Source: Geosiphon pyriformis uo1 (Eukaryota > Fungi > Glomeromycota). From it: a DNA stretch of 64,000 nt. The DNA is taken from NCBI GenBank assembly GCA_016748015.1, contig JAAOMT010000523.1:990156-1054155 (forward strand). The letters are read 5' to 3'. Shown here in pieces: positions 14,437 through 28,296 of the stretch. The first letter of the stretch is position 1, and the number at the start of each line of letters is the position of its first letter. The notes under the pieces were generated by a model. It was not told the DNA's origin. It did no database searches and worked only from the letters and a program-made list of their open reading frames with translations. The position numbers were made by a program, and so were the translations under genes.

Positions 14437-14711
14437 ACATCAAAGATAGTCTGATAAAAAATCCAGAAATAAAGATAAAAATTTAAGAATAACTTACCAA
14501 AAAAACATGACTGCTAGAATAAACTGGCCATTATGCTAAAAAAAAAAATTTATGAAAGAAACCATCAATTAAATTTCTGTTTATTATACAAAAGCCTCAA
14601 TTAAATCTTTTAAACTCCAAAATTTTTAGAAATTACCAATATTATCAGCTATTAAACACCAAATTACAGATTTGTTATTTGTTCTAACATTCCAAATAAT
14701 TATTTGTAATA
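14437..14711 (+). repeat. Second copy of the family A LTR 3' end
   Basis: Repeats about 14177-14436 directly in tandem. Confidence 0.8.
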
Positions 14712-17700
14712 CTGTTAACTTCATACAAGCAAACATCTTGACTGTCTTTCAAGGTATACAAACTGTTTTAGAATAAAAAAACAATACTTTATTACTCTTA
14801 TTCAGAGGTAATGCACAAGATTTAATTAAATAGTTAAATGACTTTGAAAAAACAGCTACAGTTAATTAATACAATACTAATTACAAGTTCCAAATTGTTG
14901 GTAGTTATCTTTAAGATTTTTTTGTTATCTGGTTTTTACAAGAAACTAATATTAATATCCAGTAAAGAATTATTAAATAGATATCAACAAATGCCAAAAA
15001 AAATAATATCTTTTTTACAATTCAGTTTGAAAACAAATTCAAAACTCCTATTTTGATTTTTAAATGGCACATGAAATTAGAAAAAAGAATCTAAGGCTCA
15101 GAAAAAGTAGTAACTGAATACACTAAAGCAATAAGAAAGCTAATTAAACAAATAAACACTAAAAAAAACTGGAGAGAAAAGCAAAAGATTAAAAACTGAT
15201 TTTTTATATGCTTTTTGGCCTTTTTTAGCCCTAAAAAACAATTTCACAATAGATATAACCATTGAACTTGTTCAAAGAATTAAAGATAACCAAAAAATGT
15301 ACTTAGGATCCACTCTTTTAGTTTTTGCTCCAGTTTCTGTTATGGCTCTTACTCCTCAAATGGCTGTTATTTCTTTTGCTGCTTATACTTAAAATTCTAA
15401 TGAACAATTAATAGACAGACTTACAGCCAATTTTGCTTGGCTATTAGAGCCCTTAGCTTAAGCAGTAAAAAAAACTTAACAATCACAAAAATCCAGATTT
15501 AAACCATGTTTTAATCAGCCTTAGCAATTATTATATCAAAAACAGCAAAATTATGGCTCTCTTGTGTGTTATTACTGTGAATTAATTAGACACTTTTTAA
15601 GAAATTACAACAATTTTCTATTGTCTCTTTTAGCTCCTAAAATTAATAACAATCAAAACAATAGACTCAATAACAATAATGCTCTCAATCAAAAAACTAA
15701 TCATGTCAATATCAATTTTTTTTAAAAAAATTTCTTAGTTAAAACTATTGTTTATTAGCCTTTAAACTAGTAAACACACTTCCAAAGAGTAAGAATACAA
15801 ACCAACTAGAAAAAAACTTTTTTTATGCTTTTAATCTAACTAATAATGATTATAATATAGATAAACTGGCAATCAACCTTTCTGATTTAACAAAAAAAAA
15901 AAATAAAGGTTAATTTTACTCTGAATCTTAATAAAGCTTCTATATTAACTGCTAACAACAATAAGTCACCAAAAGTAAAAATCTTTAAAAATTTTCTAAA
16001 GCTGAAATCTTCAGAAATTGTACAAAAATCTGGTCCCTATTTTGTTGTTAAAATTTTATAGAAACACCAGCTCATATTACCTTTGGCCAATTAATGACTC
16101 ATCCATAGTTTAAAAAAGATTTTTACAAATTCTTGATTTCAAAAAAAAAAACACCCAAAACCAACAAATACTCTTACCAATCTGAATTTGCTAACAACAG
16201 CAATATTACTTCTTTGATTTACAAAACCCAAGTGGCTGAATACTTTATTAATTTGATTTTAGACAGTAGATTATCTGTTAGTATAATTGCCAAAAATTTT
16301 CTTAAAGCCATTGGTAGAAAAATTAATAAACTTTCAATCAAACCAATGACTAATATACACAATGACAAAAAGAAAAGACTTGGTATTGCCAAAGCTATTC
16401 TTGTTTACATTAATGATATTAGCATTGAAACCAACATAGAAGTATTTAAAACCAAAGAATACACCATAATTTTTGGCAAAAAATAACTTAAAAAAGCAAA
16501 AGTCTTACTTAATTATAAACTTTGTAAGCTAGCCATTAGATATAATAAAAAATTTATTGTGGTTAAGTACTACCATTAGATAACTCTTTCAGCACCCAAG
16601 CAAAACCAAGAAGAAAAACAATCAGATAAATCAGATGATGAAAAAAGTAATAAAAAAAAAGAACAAAAAAAAACTGTTGAATTTATTTACACTATCTTTA
16701 TCAACAATAACAAACTATTAAATAATATTAAAGCTAACAAAAAGAAATTATTGTAAATAGCAAGCTAATCTGTTGGCCATATTATAACATACTCAAAAAA
16801 ATCTTTGAAAAAAAGTCTGAGAAGAAAGCCAAATACAGTTATTGGTATTATGATTCTTGTGTCTGGTGCTAGTGCAATAAGCTATTGTATTCTTCCAGTA
16901 ATAAATGCAAATTCTACCTAATCTATTACAAGAATTGGGAATCTATTAGCTTAATACCAAAAGAAAAAATACAAGAAGTACAAAAGTTCTTTAAAAATAG
17001 ACCACCAGAAATACAATCATTAATAATAAAGCAAAAAAAATCCTTTTCAGAAGAAAAAAAGATAAACATTAAAAATCTATTGGCTAAAAACAGCTTAGTT
17101 ATCTCAAAAGAAGATAATACTCCTGGATGTATTCATGTGATACAATATACTATCATCATTAGAAAAACCTGCCTTATTTATTTGAAGTCTTATTAATTTA
17201 ATTGTTACAATAACAAGTTCATTAAGAAAGAAATAAACCAGATAAAAAACCTTGAATTCATACAAGAAACCAAGAGTAAATAGGCTTTTTAAGTAGTAAT
17301 GATATTCAAAAAAAGTAGACTTTTACACTTTTGTGTTGATTATTATCAATTAAATATCATTATTAAAAGAAATATGTATTTACTTCCCAAAATTGATATA
17401 ATACTAGACAAATTCAATAGTGCTGTTTTCTTCTCAACTATTGACTTAACTGCTGAATTTTGACAAGTAGAAATAAATTCAGAAAGCAAAAAAAAAACTG
17501 TCTTTATAATATTTACGAATTTACAGTTATGTTTTTTGGTTTTACTAATGCTTTTTTTACTTTTTAATACTTAATGAAAAAAGTATTTAAATCAGTAAAA
17601 AAAAACTTTGTTCTAGTTTATTTGAACAACATAATAGTATACTTAAAAACCTGGGATAAATATCTTGAACATTTACAAAAAGTTTTTAATCTTTTTAGAA

Positions 17701-17750
17701 ATGCTGGCTTCAAAATCAATTCTATCAAATCTTTTTTTGAATGACAATTT
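14712..17750 (+). mobile_element. Degenerate family B Gypsy internal region (gag, PR, Cys-rich region, partial RT)
   Basis: Colinear with the reverse complement of about 28940-32040 (QANILT, LILDSRLSVS protease, FCVDYYQLN). Confidence 0.88.
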
Positions 17751-18155
17751 ATCTTAACCACACTGAACCAATAGCCTTTAATCACAACTATTAACAAAAT
17801 ACTAATTTTTTAATTTTTTTTTAATTTTTTTTAATTTTTTTTGTTTTGTTTCTTTGTTGTTTACTAATTAATTAAAAAATTAAGTACTAAGTAATTAACA
17901 TCAAAAATAGTCTAATAAAAAACCCAGAAACAAGAATAGAAATTTAAGAATAGCTTACCAAAAAAATACAACTGTTAGAATAAATTGGTCATTACATTAA
18001 AAAAAAAATTCATGAAAAAAACTTTCAATTAAATTTCTGTTTATTATACAAAAAACTTAATCAAAACCTTCAGAAACTACTATTATTAATAACTATTAAG
18101 CACTAAATTATGGGTTTGTTATTTGTTTTAACATCCTAAATAAATATTTATAACA
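17751..18155 (+). repeat. 3' half of a family A LTR
   Basis: Homologous to about 14020-14436; ends ...TTTATAACA. Confidence 0.8.
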
Positions 18156-20678
18156 ATGAATATACAGCAATAAGCTTTTAAAATATTAAAACAAAAACTT
18201 ATAAAAGCTTTAGTTCTAATATATTTAGATTATAATAAGAGATTTATAATTGTTACTAATGCTTTTAGATTAGTATTAAAAACAGTATTATAACCAAAAA
18301 AATTTAATAAAAAAAAACATTTAAAAACATATGCCAATAAAAATTTAAGTTTAGCAAAAAAAAACTATAAAACTTTAACACTAAAATATTTAACAATATA
18401 TTAGACTGTAATTAAATAGAAAAAATATTTACATCAAAAGTTTAATATCTATACCAATCATAAAAAATTAATACTACTAGCCAAAAAAATTAGCTAATAA
18501 TAAAATTACCAAATAGAAAACCATACTTTTACTCTTTAAATATAAAATACATTATAAAATGAAAAAAAATAAAAATAATAATAGCTTATTATAAATAAAA
18601 CAACTATAAACAAAAAAAACAACAACAAAAGAACAAAATAAATAATACAAATTATTAATAATTAGCTTATTATATTATTACTAGATAGTTTAAGAAAAAA
18701 TTATTTTAAAATAAACAAAATAAAATTTATCAACAAGCCAAATATTATATTAATCACCAAAATATATTATATTAAAAAAACCAATAAGATTTAAACAGTT
18801 TATTAAGAGTAATAAAAGAATAAAATAAAACAATATTATTTAATATGTATTCAGACTTAATAACAGGATATTTTAATTGAAAGTTAACATTAAAAAAAGC
18901 TAAGCAATTGTATTATTGGCTTAAACATAAAACAATATATACAAAACTGTAATGTTTGTCAAAGAAAAAGAGAATAAAATCAAGTAAACTACTAAAACCA
19001 ATTAAAATTAGACAATTATTTGATAAAATTAGAATTGATTTAATAGAATTATTATTAATAACAACCAAAGCAATTAATATATTGCTGTTGTCATAAATTA
19101 TTTTACCAAATAGCCAGAAACTAGAGTTATATAAAAAGCTAATACAGAATTAATAGTTAAATTTATTTATTAAAACTTAATATGTTAATATAAATATTTA
19201 AAAAAATTATTATTAGATCAAAAAACTCATTTTGTAAACAGAATATTGGCAGAATTAAGCCAAAAATTTGAAGTTAAAAAATCATTGTTATTATTATATT
19301 ATCTATAAACAAATAGCTTAATTAAAAGATTTAATATAATATTATATAAAACATTAGCTAAAATTAGTCAAAAAAACCAAAAAAATAAAATATATTTATA
19401 TTATTAATATTATTTACTTATTAAACAATAAAGCAAAATATTGTTTAAATAATACTATTTAAATTAATATATAACAAAAGAGCAATATTGCTAATAAAAA
19501 GAAAAATAATAACATATCTAACAAAACCAATAATAAAAAACACATTTTAGACAACACTATTAAGATAAATATATAACTTAATAAAAATCTTGGAAAACAA
19601 AAAAAACAATAGCTAATTATATTAAAAAAACAAAAAAAATATAATAGTTAATTGTTAAATAAATCAGCTAAATTCAAGATTAAAAACAAAATATTTTTAT
19701 ATTATATAAAAACAAAAAAACAATAAAATAGAAAATTTAATCTAAAATATAATAGATTATTCTATATTAAAAAAATGCTTGAAAATAGATTATATAAACT
19801 GCAACTAAAGAACAAATTTTTAACCAAAGCAGCATATAAAAATTAATTAAAGTTATATTATAGTAAAATATTAGTAAACTTTAGTATATTACAATTAGAA
19901 ACACAAAAAATATTAATTAAATCAGATGAAATTTTACAAGATTTAAAACCAATTATTATAATTGAAGCCAACATATTACAAAACTAAAAATTGTTATAAA
20001 TATAATTAAAATATATCAAAAAAAAGAAATAATAGATAAAATATATACAACAGTACAATAGTTGTTTTAAATATTGAAAAAAAAAACTTAAACATAAAAA
20101 TAACAGTTAACAAACAAAAAACTTGTTATAAAAACACTCAGAAAAACAAAACAGTTAAAAAAACTTCATATAACAAAATACAAAAACAAAAAAATAACTA
20201 TATAAAATAATTTATTAAAAAAGTGAAAAAAACTTTCAAAAATCCAATAACAAATATTTAATTAGAAATGCTAATAAAAAAAGACTGAAAGACTTAAAAA
20301 AAACAGTTTTCAATAGCATACTGCTATTACTATTTGAGACAATAGCTAAATACTTAAATACTATATATTAACAACTTTAAATAAATATTTAACAAACAAA
20401 TAATACAACAAATATAACACTTTATTAGAAAAACAACTTAATAATTTATATAAAAGCAATTTACTAACTATATACAATTTTCTATAAATATAAAAAAATA
20501 CTATTATATTTAGTCATAAAAAATATAACAGTAAACCAATTAGAAAAAATAACCAATTCATAATTTGAAAAATTAAGAACAAAAGTTTTTAAGATCATAA
20601 TAGAAAAAAATAAACAAATTTATTTAAGAAAAAAATCTAGAAAATTTTAACAAAGCTCAATATTAAAAAAAGAAATAT
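18156..20678 (+). mobile_element. Highly decayed family A-like element A3 (RH, IN, ORF3, PPT; 3' LTR absent)
   Basis: Colinear with A1 5150-7715 but almost devoid of G/C; ends at a PPT-like GCTCAATATTAAAAAAAGAAA. Confidence 0.8.
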
Positions 20679-21540
20679 TGTTATTAGAGGTTTTCAGTCT
20701 CTTTTTTTGGATGTTTTTAATGTTTATTTGCTGTAAATTCACGTTTTTCAAAAGTAGTTGAACCTCTAATAACTGAATTTATCTTCAAATTATCTCTTAT
20801 AATTTGAACTGCTGGGCTTATAAGTAGAATGGCCAGTTACTTTATATAGTTACATTATAGTAAATGTCAACTCTTTCCCAGGAATTGCTTGTCTGGAAGC
20901 TCACTAAAATGTGTAGTTACTTTGCTGTAAAAGTCAACTCTTCTACAGGAATCTTATCTGTAGGCTATTCTAATAATTATAATAAGAAAAAAAAAAAAAT
21001 ATATATATAAAAAAAGTAGAGTTTTATTAAGGAAAACGTTTTCTATTCAGGCCTGGAGTCACTAACAGATTACTGAAATTGGTAGCTAATCAATTTTAAA
21101 ATGTTATTGTGTTTAAAGGAATTTCAAGTATAATAATCAAAGAATTGGGTTTTCAAATATTTAATTTTTATTTGAGATGTATAAAAAGTAATTTGTTTTA
21201 ATTAAGGTATCTAAAGTAAAATACTATGGTAAGATATATTTTTTTGAAAAGAAAAGCTCTTTTTTTATACAACTTGCTATAATACTAGTCTTTGAACTTG
21301 CAGCAAACTACAAGTTATTTCTCTGAACTATTGATTATTTCGGTGAATTTTCATCAATTTCGGCGAATTTTGACTATATTAAATGGTTCAGAGTATTGTG
21401 TAATTTGATCATCTTAATTTTTATGGTACAAATCGAATTATTAATTAAATGATGATATTTGATAATTGATTAAATAATAAGTAATAATTGAAATTATAAT
21501 AATATATATTAATTAATAGCTAAAAATTCTACTGGTAACA
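20679..21540 (-). repeat. 3' LTR of element C
   Basis: Minus strand TGTTACCAG...CTAATAACA preceded by GAGGAAAAAA; homologous to the D LTRs. Confidence 0.9.
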
Positions 21541-21559
21541 TAATTTTTTCCTCAAAACT

Positions 21560-22124
21560 GAGCTCCATCAAAGTCCAAATACTATCTGTAATGTTAAAAT
21601 AGTGGTCCAAAATAATTGAAGTGATTTGGCCTGAAAATTGTTAAAATTTCAGTTCTGTAAGCTTTCCAATGTACTGAATCTTTATTGGATGAAGTATTGA
21701 ATTTTGTAGAACGTTTTCACAAGTATTGAATAGATCATAGAGTCTAAAAGCTGCTCTAAGTTTGTAGCGAATATTTGTTGGTCCAGCTGCTGTCTTGAAT
21801 TCATTGTGAATTTGTTTTTGTATAGCTTCAGAAGTAAGATTTGTTGTTTTAAGTTCTAGTTTTTGTTCATAAAGTGTTTTTCCAATATAAAAGTATCTAT
21901 AAATAAGGGTATGTTTATTGTTCTGGTAATTGATTCCCAGTGTAACTTTTTGTGTTTTTTCTATAAAAGTAATAATTCTGAGAATTGTTTACTACTGGGA
22001 CTGTGGTTTCTTTTTGAATATAATTAATTTGACTTCTATTAATCGTTATAAATAAGTCAGGAAGTGTTTTCAAAGTTAACATTAATTTTTGGAATATTTG
22101 TTGAATATTTCGAGAAATAATCAT
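21560..22124 (-). pseudogene. Accessory ORF3 (C), best-preserved copy
   Basis: MIISRNIQQIFQKLMLTLK...YRYFYIGKTLYE...LRAAFRLYDLF...YIGKLTELKF. Confidence 0.7.
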
Positions 22125-25100
22125 TATAAAAATGACTAATTAAAAAAAAATAAAGAAAATTATTTTTGGGTATGGGATTTTTATTTGTTTTTGGGTTTGA
22201 ATGTTTTTTTTTTGTAATTATTTACTATTTTTGTTTTACATTTTGTGTATTTTCAAAGAGATTATTGTAAAAATTAAATTAAGTATTCAAGTTTGGTTGT
22301 TGTTTTATTATAACTATTGGTTTTAAATTTCGAAGAATATTTTTAGAATTAACTAAAGGGGAATGTATACCAATTTGTGGAATTAATGATTCAGGATTGT
22401 TTCTGGAATAATAGTGCTTCAATCAATTTCTATATGCAATTTTTGATAGTACTTTGTCATTAAGTCTTAACTTGTATGATCCATTGTCTAATATTTCATA
22501 AATATAAAATGATCTATCCTATTTATGTTCAGATTTTCCACTCTATTGTTTTCAGCCTTAGTTCTGTGTAAAAGAACTTTATTTCCAATTTTAAATTCAT
22601 TAGTAATTGGTAGAAGTTTGTTGTCATGCCTTTTTTTTTGTTGAGCTTAAAAATATTCAATATGAGTGGCTGCTATTTGTCTTTTTTCTTCCAGTATACT
22701 AAAAAGAGTGTATGCTCTTTTTTGGAGTGTTTTTTGAAAGTTTTCTTCATTGATTAATTGCACTGAATATGTTTCTACTGTGAAATTAATTGGTAATATT
22801 GCTGTTTTTCCATAAGTTAGATCAAATGATATGTGTTTTATAATATCTTGTTTTAGTGTTTTGTATGCTAGTAACACTAATAGAACAAAGATATCTCATT
22901 CCTGCTCAAAATCAGTTGAGACTTTGGCTAAGAATTTACACAAGATTCTATTAAAATGTTTTACAAATATATTTGTTTGGAGGTAATAAGGTAATAACAG
23001 AGGTCTTTTAATATTGAATTGTTCACAAATTTCTTGTATCAAGTTGTTTACAAAATGTGTTTCTTGATTAGATAAAAGTTCAATTGGGCATTTATGTCTA
23101 CAAATAATGTCTTTATAGATAAAATTTGCTATTCATTTTGTATCTGATTTTTGGATAATTCTAGCTTCTGGTCATTTGGTAAAATAATCTACTGCAACTG
23201 CAATATAACAATTTATTTGGATTGTAATAAATAATAGTTCGACTAAATCAATTCCAATTCTGTTAAAAAGTTGTCCAACTTTAATTGGATTTAAAGGTTT
23301 TGTAAAGTGAGTTCCTCTTCTTTTCTGACAACTATCATAAGATTCTACATATTGTTAAATGTCTTTTTGCATATGGAGCCAAAAATAATGTTCAAGAGTT
23401 CTTTAAATTGTTTCATCTCTTCTCAAGTGTGTTGAAGATAGATCTGTGTGCATGTTGTATAGGATTGTTTTTTTTTTATTTTTCTGTACTAATCTGAGTG
23501 GTTGGTTTGGGTTTCTACGATTTTTATAATAGATTTTGTTGTAGTATATAAAATATTGTTTGGATTGGTGTTGTAATCGATGTTTTTTACTTGAAGACCA
23601 ATTTTCTGGCATGGTAAGAGTCTTCAAATAGTTTTTGATGTTGTTGTAATTTCTGGTATCTATTGTTGTTTGTTTATTTTGGTAGGTTGGTAAGTTGTGA
23701 TGTAGTTGCTGTTGGTGTTAATTTTGTTTTATTCTTGAAAGACTATTAATATTGGTGTGTAGTTTTCTTGGTTTGTAATGTACAATATATTTGTAATCTG
23801 CTAAAAAATCATTTCATCAAGACTATTTGGCACTTTGTTCTATTTTCTTTTTATTAAGCCATTTGGGGCCAATATTGTTAGTTATGATGTCAAATTTTTT
23901 TCGATTTTTTAAGTATTGTTGAAAATGTTTAAGAGCCCAAATAACTGTGACAGCTTCTAATTCAGTTGAGCCATATTTGAGTTCTGTTGGTTTAAGTGTC
24001 CTATTAGTATAGACAATGACTTGCTCCTGACCATTTTCATCTAATTGTGATAGAATGGCACCAAATGCTATATGTAAAGTATTAGTGGCTAGTTGGAACC
24101 ATTTGTTAAGCAAAAACTGAAGCTGTTGTCAATTTTGTTTTAAGAGTTTCAAAGACTTTCTGTTATTCCTTAGTTCATTAATATAATACGTTTTTGTTGG
24201 TAAGATAATTAAGTGGTTTGGCAATTTCTGAGAATTTTTTGATAAATTTTTGATAGTAGAAGACTAATTCTACAAATTCTCATAGCTCTGTGGTGTTTTT
24301 GAGAGTTTAAAAGTTTTTAATAATACTGATTGTTCCAGAGTTTGGTTTAACTCCATTTTTGCTAACAATATGTCCAAGAAAGATTAAACTTGTTTTTTTA
24401 AAATGACATCTTTTAATATTCAACTTCAGTCTTGTTTTCTGTAATCATTGAAAAACTTCTTACAGGTAAAAAAGATGGACTTCAAAGCTTGGTGAATATA
24501 CATTAGTGTTATTAAGATAAACAATTACTGATTGCCATAAAAATCTTTCATATATAACATCCATGAGTTGTTGGAATATTGCTGGTGTATTGTAAAGTCT
24601 AAAAAACATAACATTGAACTTATAGTTTCCTCTTTGGATAGTAAATGCTGTTTTGGATCGATCTTTTGGGTCTATTTCGATTTGTTAATATCCATTTTTC
24701 AAGTCTAAAATTGAAAAGAACTTGGCTTTTTTTAGAGCATCTAGTATGTCATTAATTCTTGAAAAAGAATAGGCATCTCTAATTATTACACTGTTCAGTT
24801 GGCAATAGTCAACACAAAATCTGATTTTTTCATTTTTTTTTTAACTAAAACTATTGATAAGGTCTAAGGACTTCTTGATGATTGAATCAATTTATTATTA
24901 AGCATTTTCTGTACTTTTTCTCTAATGAATTGGTGGCTGGCAGGTTGCACTCAATAAGTTTGTTAAAGTTTTGGTGGAGCATTTTTTGTGTGGATTTGAT
25001 GTTAAAAAATATCAGTTTTTTTCAGGTTATTGTTGTCTTTTGCAAATATATCAGCGAATTCAGCTATTAACTGTTTCAATTGTTTTTGCTGTTGAGGTTC

Positions 25101-25549
25101 CAAGAAACTCATGTTGATTTAAGAGAGTTTTTCTTCCAAAAGATAGTAATTTTCAGTAGTAAAGATGTTGTTTGAATTGGAAAGTAGAGTATGTCTTACA
25201 ATTTCAATAAAATTAGAGACAATTTGAGGGTTTTCATTTTGGAAAATATTGCTATATATGATTCCAATTTCTAATTGATTTAATAAAATGATGGGGTAGT
25301 TGTTGAAATTGTAGAAAGTAACTCGAAATTTCTTTATTTTTTTTGATATATAGACATTTAGAATTAAGATTTTATGTTTTAAACAAATTTGTTCATTAGA
25401 TTCAAAGATTTGTTGAGTGGTAGTAGCTTTTGAGCAAGTATAGATTTCGTGATGTTCTCCAAAAGGTGATATGGTAATTGGTTAAAGAAGTTGAAGAATC
25501 TGGTAAGATTCATTTTGTGTATTAAGAGCTATGTTTACTAGAACTGTAA

Positions 25550-25960
25550 ATTATCCAGTTAAACCAAAATCTTTGGTTTTTTTTTTACTTTTTCCTAATT
25601 GTTTTCTGTTTTTAACTGATTGTAAACCCAAAATGTTGATTAAAAGTAAGTAAATAGCTTAAGCAATTTTTTCTGCATGCTCAATTTTGAATAGTTTGTT
25701 GATTTCATTTTGTAGCATAATTGTAATGTCTCCAATATATTTTGCATCTATAATTTCTCTTCTAACATTGATTTTTTTGCTTGTCAATGATGATCAAGAA
25801 GCAATTTGTACCATTGCTCTTGGTGAAATTTCAAGAACAATTTTGAAATTGATTTTGGTGAGAGATTTTGGTTGAAGGATCAAGATATCTTTGTCAAGAT
25901 ATCATAAATCATATTCTGCATCAATTTTATAAGCTTTTTCAGGCTTGATTCTTTGACCAT
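25550..25960 (-). pseudogene. Retrotransposon dUTPase domain (C)
   Basis: Reverse complement gives AEYDL, VQIAS*SSL, IIDAKYIG, EKIA and KDFGLTG. Confidence 0.8.
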
Positions 25961-26959
25961 TATTGTCAAAATATTTAATTTTTAGAGCTGGTTAATTTCA
26001 GTAAGATAAATTGGAGTTGTTGTAATTTTTTCTTCTGGCTTAGATTCTCTAAACTCAATTTCTTCTTGGTAATTTTTACTGGGCAAAGAGGTGTTAAGAG
26101 CATAACATTCTAAACACCATTTGTTATCACAAGACATGATGCATTTTTTACATAGTTGAATATTTATTTGCTCTAATTGTTGAATTTGAGCTTCTTAGAT
26201 TGAATAAGTGTGATTTGCAATTTGGTAGTAAGTTTCAACTTCATCTTTATAGTTAAATCTAGCTAATTCTATAGTGTATTCAATGTATTCAGTTTTTTTT
26301 ATTTGGTAAATATTTTCTTGTGTGGCTCCATTGATTAAAGCCATTGCTAGATTAAAGATTATTTCAGCATTATGAGGATAGTGGTAAAGTTTGTTAAAAG
26401 CACTGTTGTATGTTGTATCAAAGGGTGTTTTTCTTCTGATTTTTTCTGAAATTGATAGGACATATTGGCAGGTTTGATTACATACTCTTTCTCTCATTGT
26501 AATATCAATTCAGTTGTATTCTTCTGGTAGCATATCTCTACATGTAAGACAAAAAGTGTTGTTCTATTTTCTGCTTCTTTTTGGGAATCCAAATCATTCT
26601 TTATAGCATGTTTTATAAAAATAGCAGGTGCAAGCTTCATATTTTTTTTTTGGAGATATACAAGCTTTCATAGATAAAAGCTTTTTTTTGCAATCTTTAC
26701 ATTTCAGTAGAATGTATGGTGGTTTTTTTTATGATTCTGGTGTAGAATACCAAATCTTTTTTCAGGTCTAATAACAGTATGTGTTCCACTGTTATCAGTT
26801 ATGATAGTTTGTTTTCCAATGGTTAGAGTAGCATTTGGATAATTTTTGATCCAGTACTTATAGAGAGTGTAGAAAGCGTTTTGAATGTTTTGATCTAAGA
26901 AATAATTGTTCATGTCGATTGAAGATACCTCTGTTTTGGGAATGGTGCATTTATTTATA

Positions 26960-28268
26960 TCTTATTTTTGTTGATCATTTGGGTTGGTATTACCACAACA
27001 GGTAACCAATCAGGCCATTTGTGATATTTCTTGAGTCATGTGCCATGAACAGGGCGATCATTGAAGATTGTTCTATATTAATCTTGTAAGATATAAGAAC
27101 CATTGTTCAAAACTTTGTTGACTATAAAGAGTCCTTTCCACTGGCTAGAGAATTTATCACCATAGACATTGTTTCTGTCTGAATGGTATTCTAAAACTAA
27201 GTCACCAATACATAAGAAAAGTGTTTTATATGTTTTCTTTTTCTTAAGCTTTTTTTGGAATTGTTTTATCTTTTCAAAAACAATTATCTGTGCTTCTACT
27301 AAAGAATCAAGAATAGTACCAAGTCTTCTTTGCAAAATGTCTTTGTAATTTTCTATTGTTATTTGTTCAAAGGATATTGTCTCAATGTCAGTTTTTATTG
27401 GTAAAGTTGCCATTTGTCCATAGAATAGATAAAAGGGTTCATAATTTGTTATGTCATGATTCACAGTTCTATAAGCAAACAAAGCTGAAGGCAGTACTTT
27501 GTCCCATAAGTTTGTTTCTTTGCTGGTTTTGGCTAGGGTTTCACATAGTGTTCTATTAAAACGTTCCACTAGGCCATTTGTTTAGGAGTGATAAAGAGAG
27601 GAAAGTTTGTTACGTATTCCCATTTTTTTGCAAAGTTCTTCAACAAGTGTACTGAGAAAAGCTCTTCCTCTGTCAGATAAAAGTTTTTTGGGGCAGCCAT
27701 GGCAACAAATGATATCTTCATAAATGAAATTGGCTATTAAGACTGCTGTTTGGTCTGGAGTGGCTCTTGCTTCTACCCACTTTGTAAGATAATTGGTAGC
27801 TGTGATAATATATCTGTTGTCATCAGGAGTTATTGTTAAAGGTCTAACAACATCTATACCAATTCTGTTAAAGGGTTGACCAACAGAGATTGGATGGATA
27901 TCTTCTTTGTGATTGGGTTTTCTTTTTCTTTAACAGATATCACAGATTTTGATGTATTCAGCAATGTCTTTTCCCAAAATAGGCCAATAATAACGAGCTA
28001 AAGTTTTCTGAATTGTTTTTGTTTTTTCAAAGTGTCCAGCTAATGGATCAGTGTGCATATTGTAGATCACAATTTCTCTTTCTTCAAATCTGATGACTCT
28101 CTGGGAACAGTCAGAATCTTTTCTATTTCTTTTATAAAGTTGGTTCTGGCAAATTAAATAGAAATTTAATTGTTTGCGCAAATGTTCTTTTTGTTGTCGT
28201 GTGTATTTCGGTGGGTATTGTCCTTTACCCAAAAATTCCATTAAGGCAGAGTAGTTGTCCAAATCCAT
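26960..28268 (-). pseudogene. Integrase (B) starting at its own ATG (MDLDNY)
   Basis: ORFs 27930-28352 and 27078-27569: HTDPLAGH...YYWP...CDIC, ERFNRTL, WKGLF. Confidence 0.88.
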
Positions 28269-28296
28269 TATTGTGTTTGTCAAAAAGGGGGAATTA

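Larger units (their letters stand above)
20679..26790 (-). mobile_element. Family C/D Gypsy element C, 5'-truncated (Cys-rich region, dUTPase, RT, RH, IN, ORF3, PPT, 3' LTR)
   Basis: Colinear with 56810-62795; ORFs 26195-26497, 23823-24113, 23403-23627 and 22647-22877 match the corresponding D proteins. Confidence 0.92.

Noticed and set aside
3034-20678. Alternative genetic code explaining in-frame TAA/TAG/TGA
   Set aside because: Stops replace Gln, Arg and Trp alike, vary between copies and scale with decay, which fits transition mutation.
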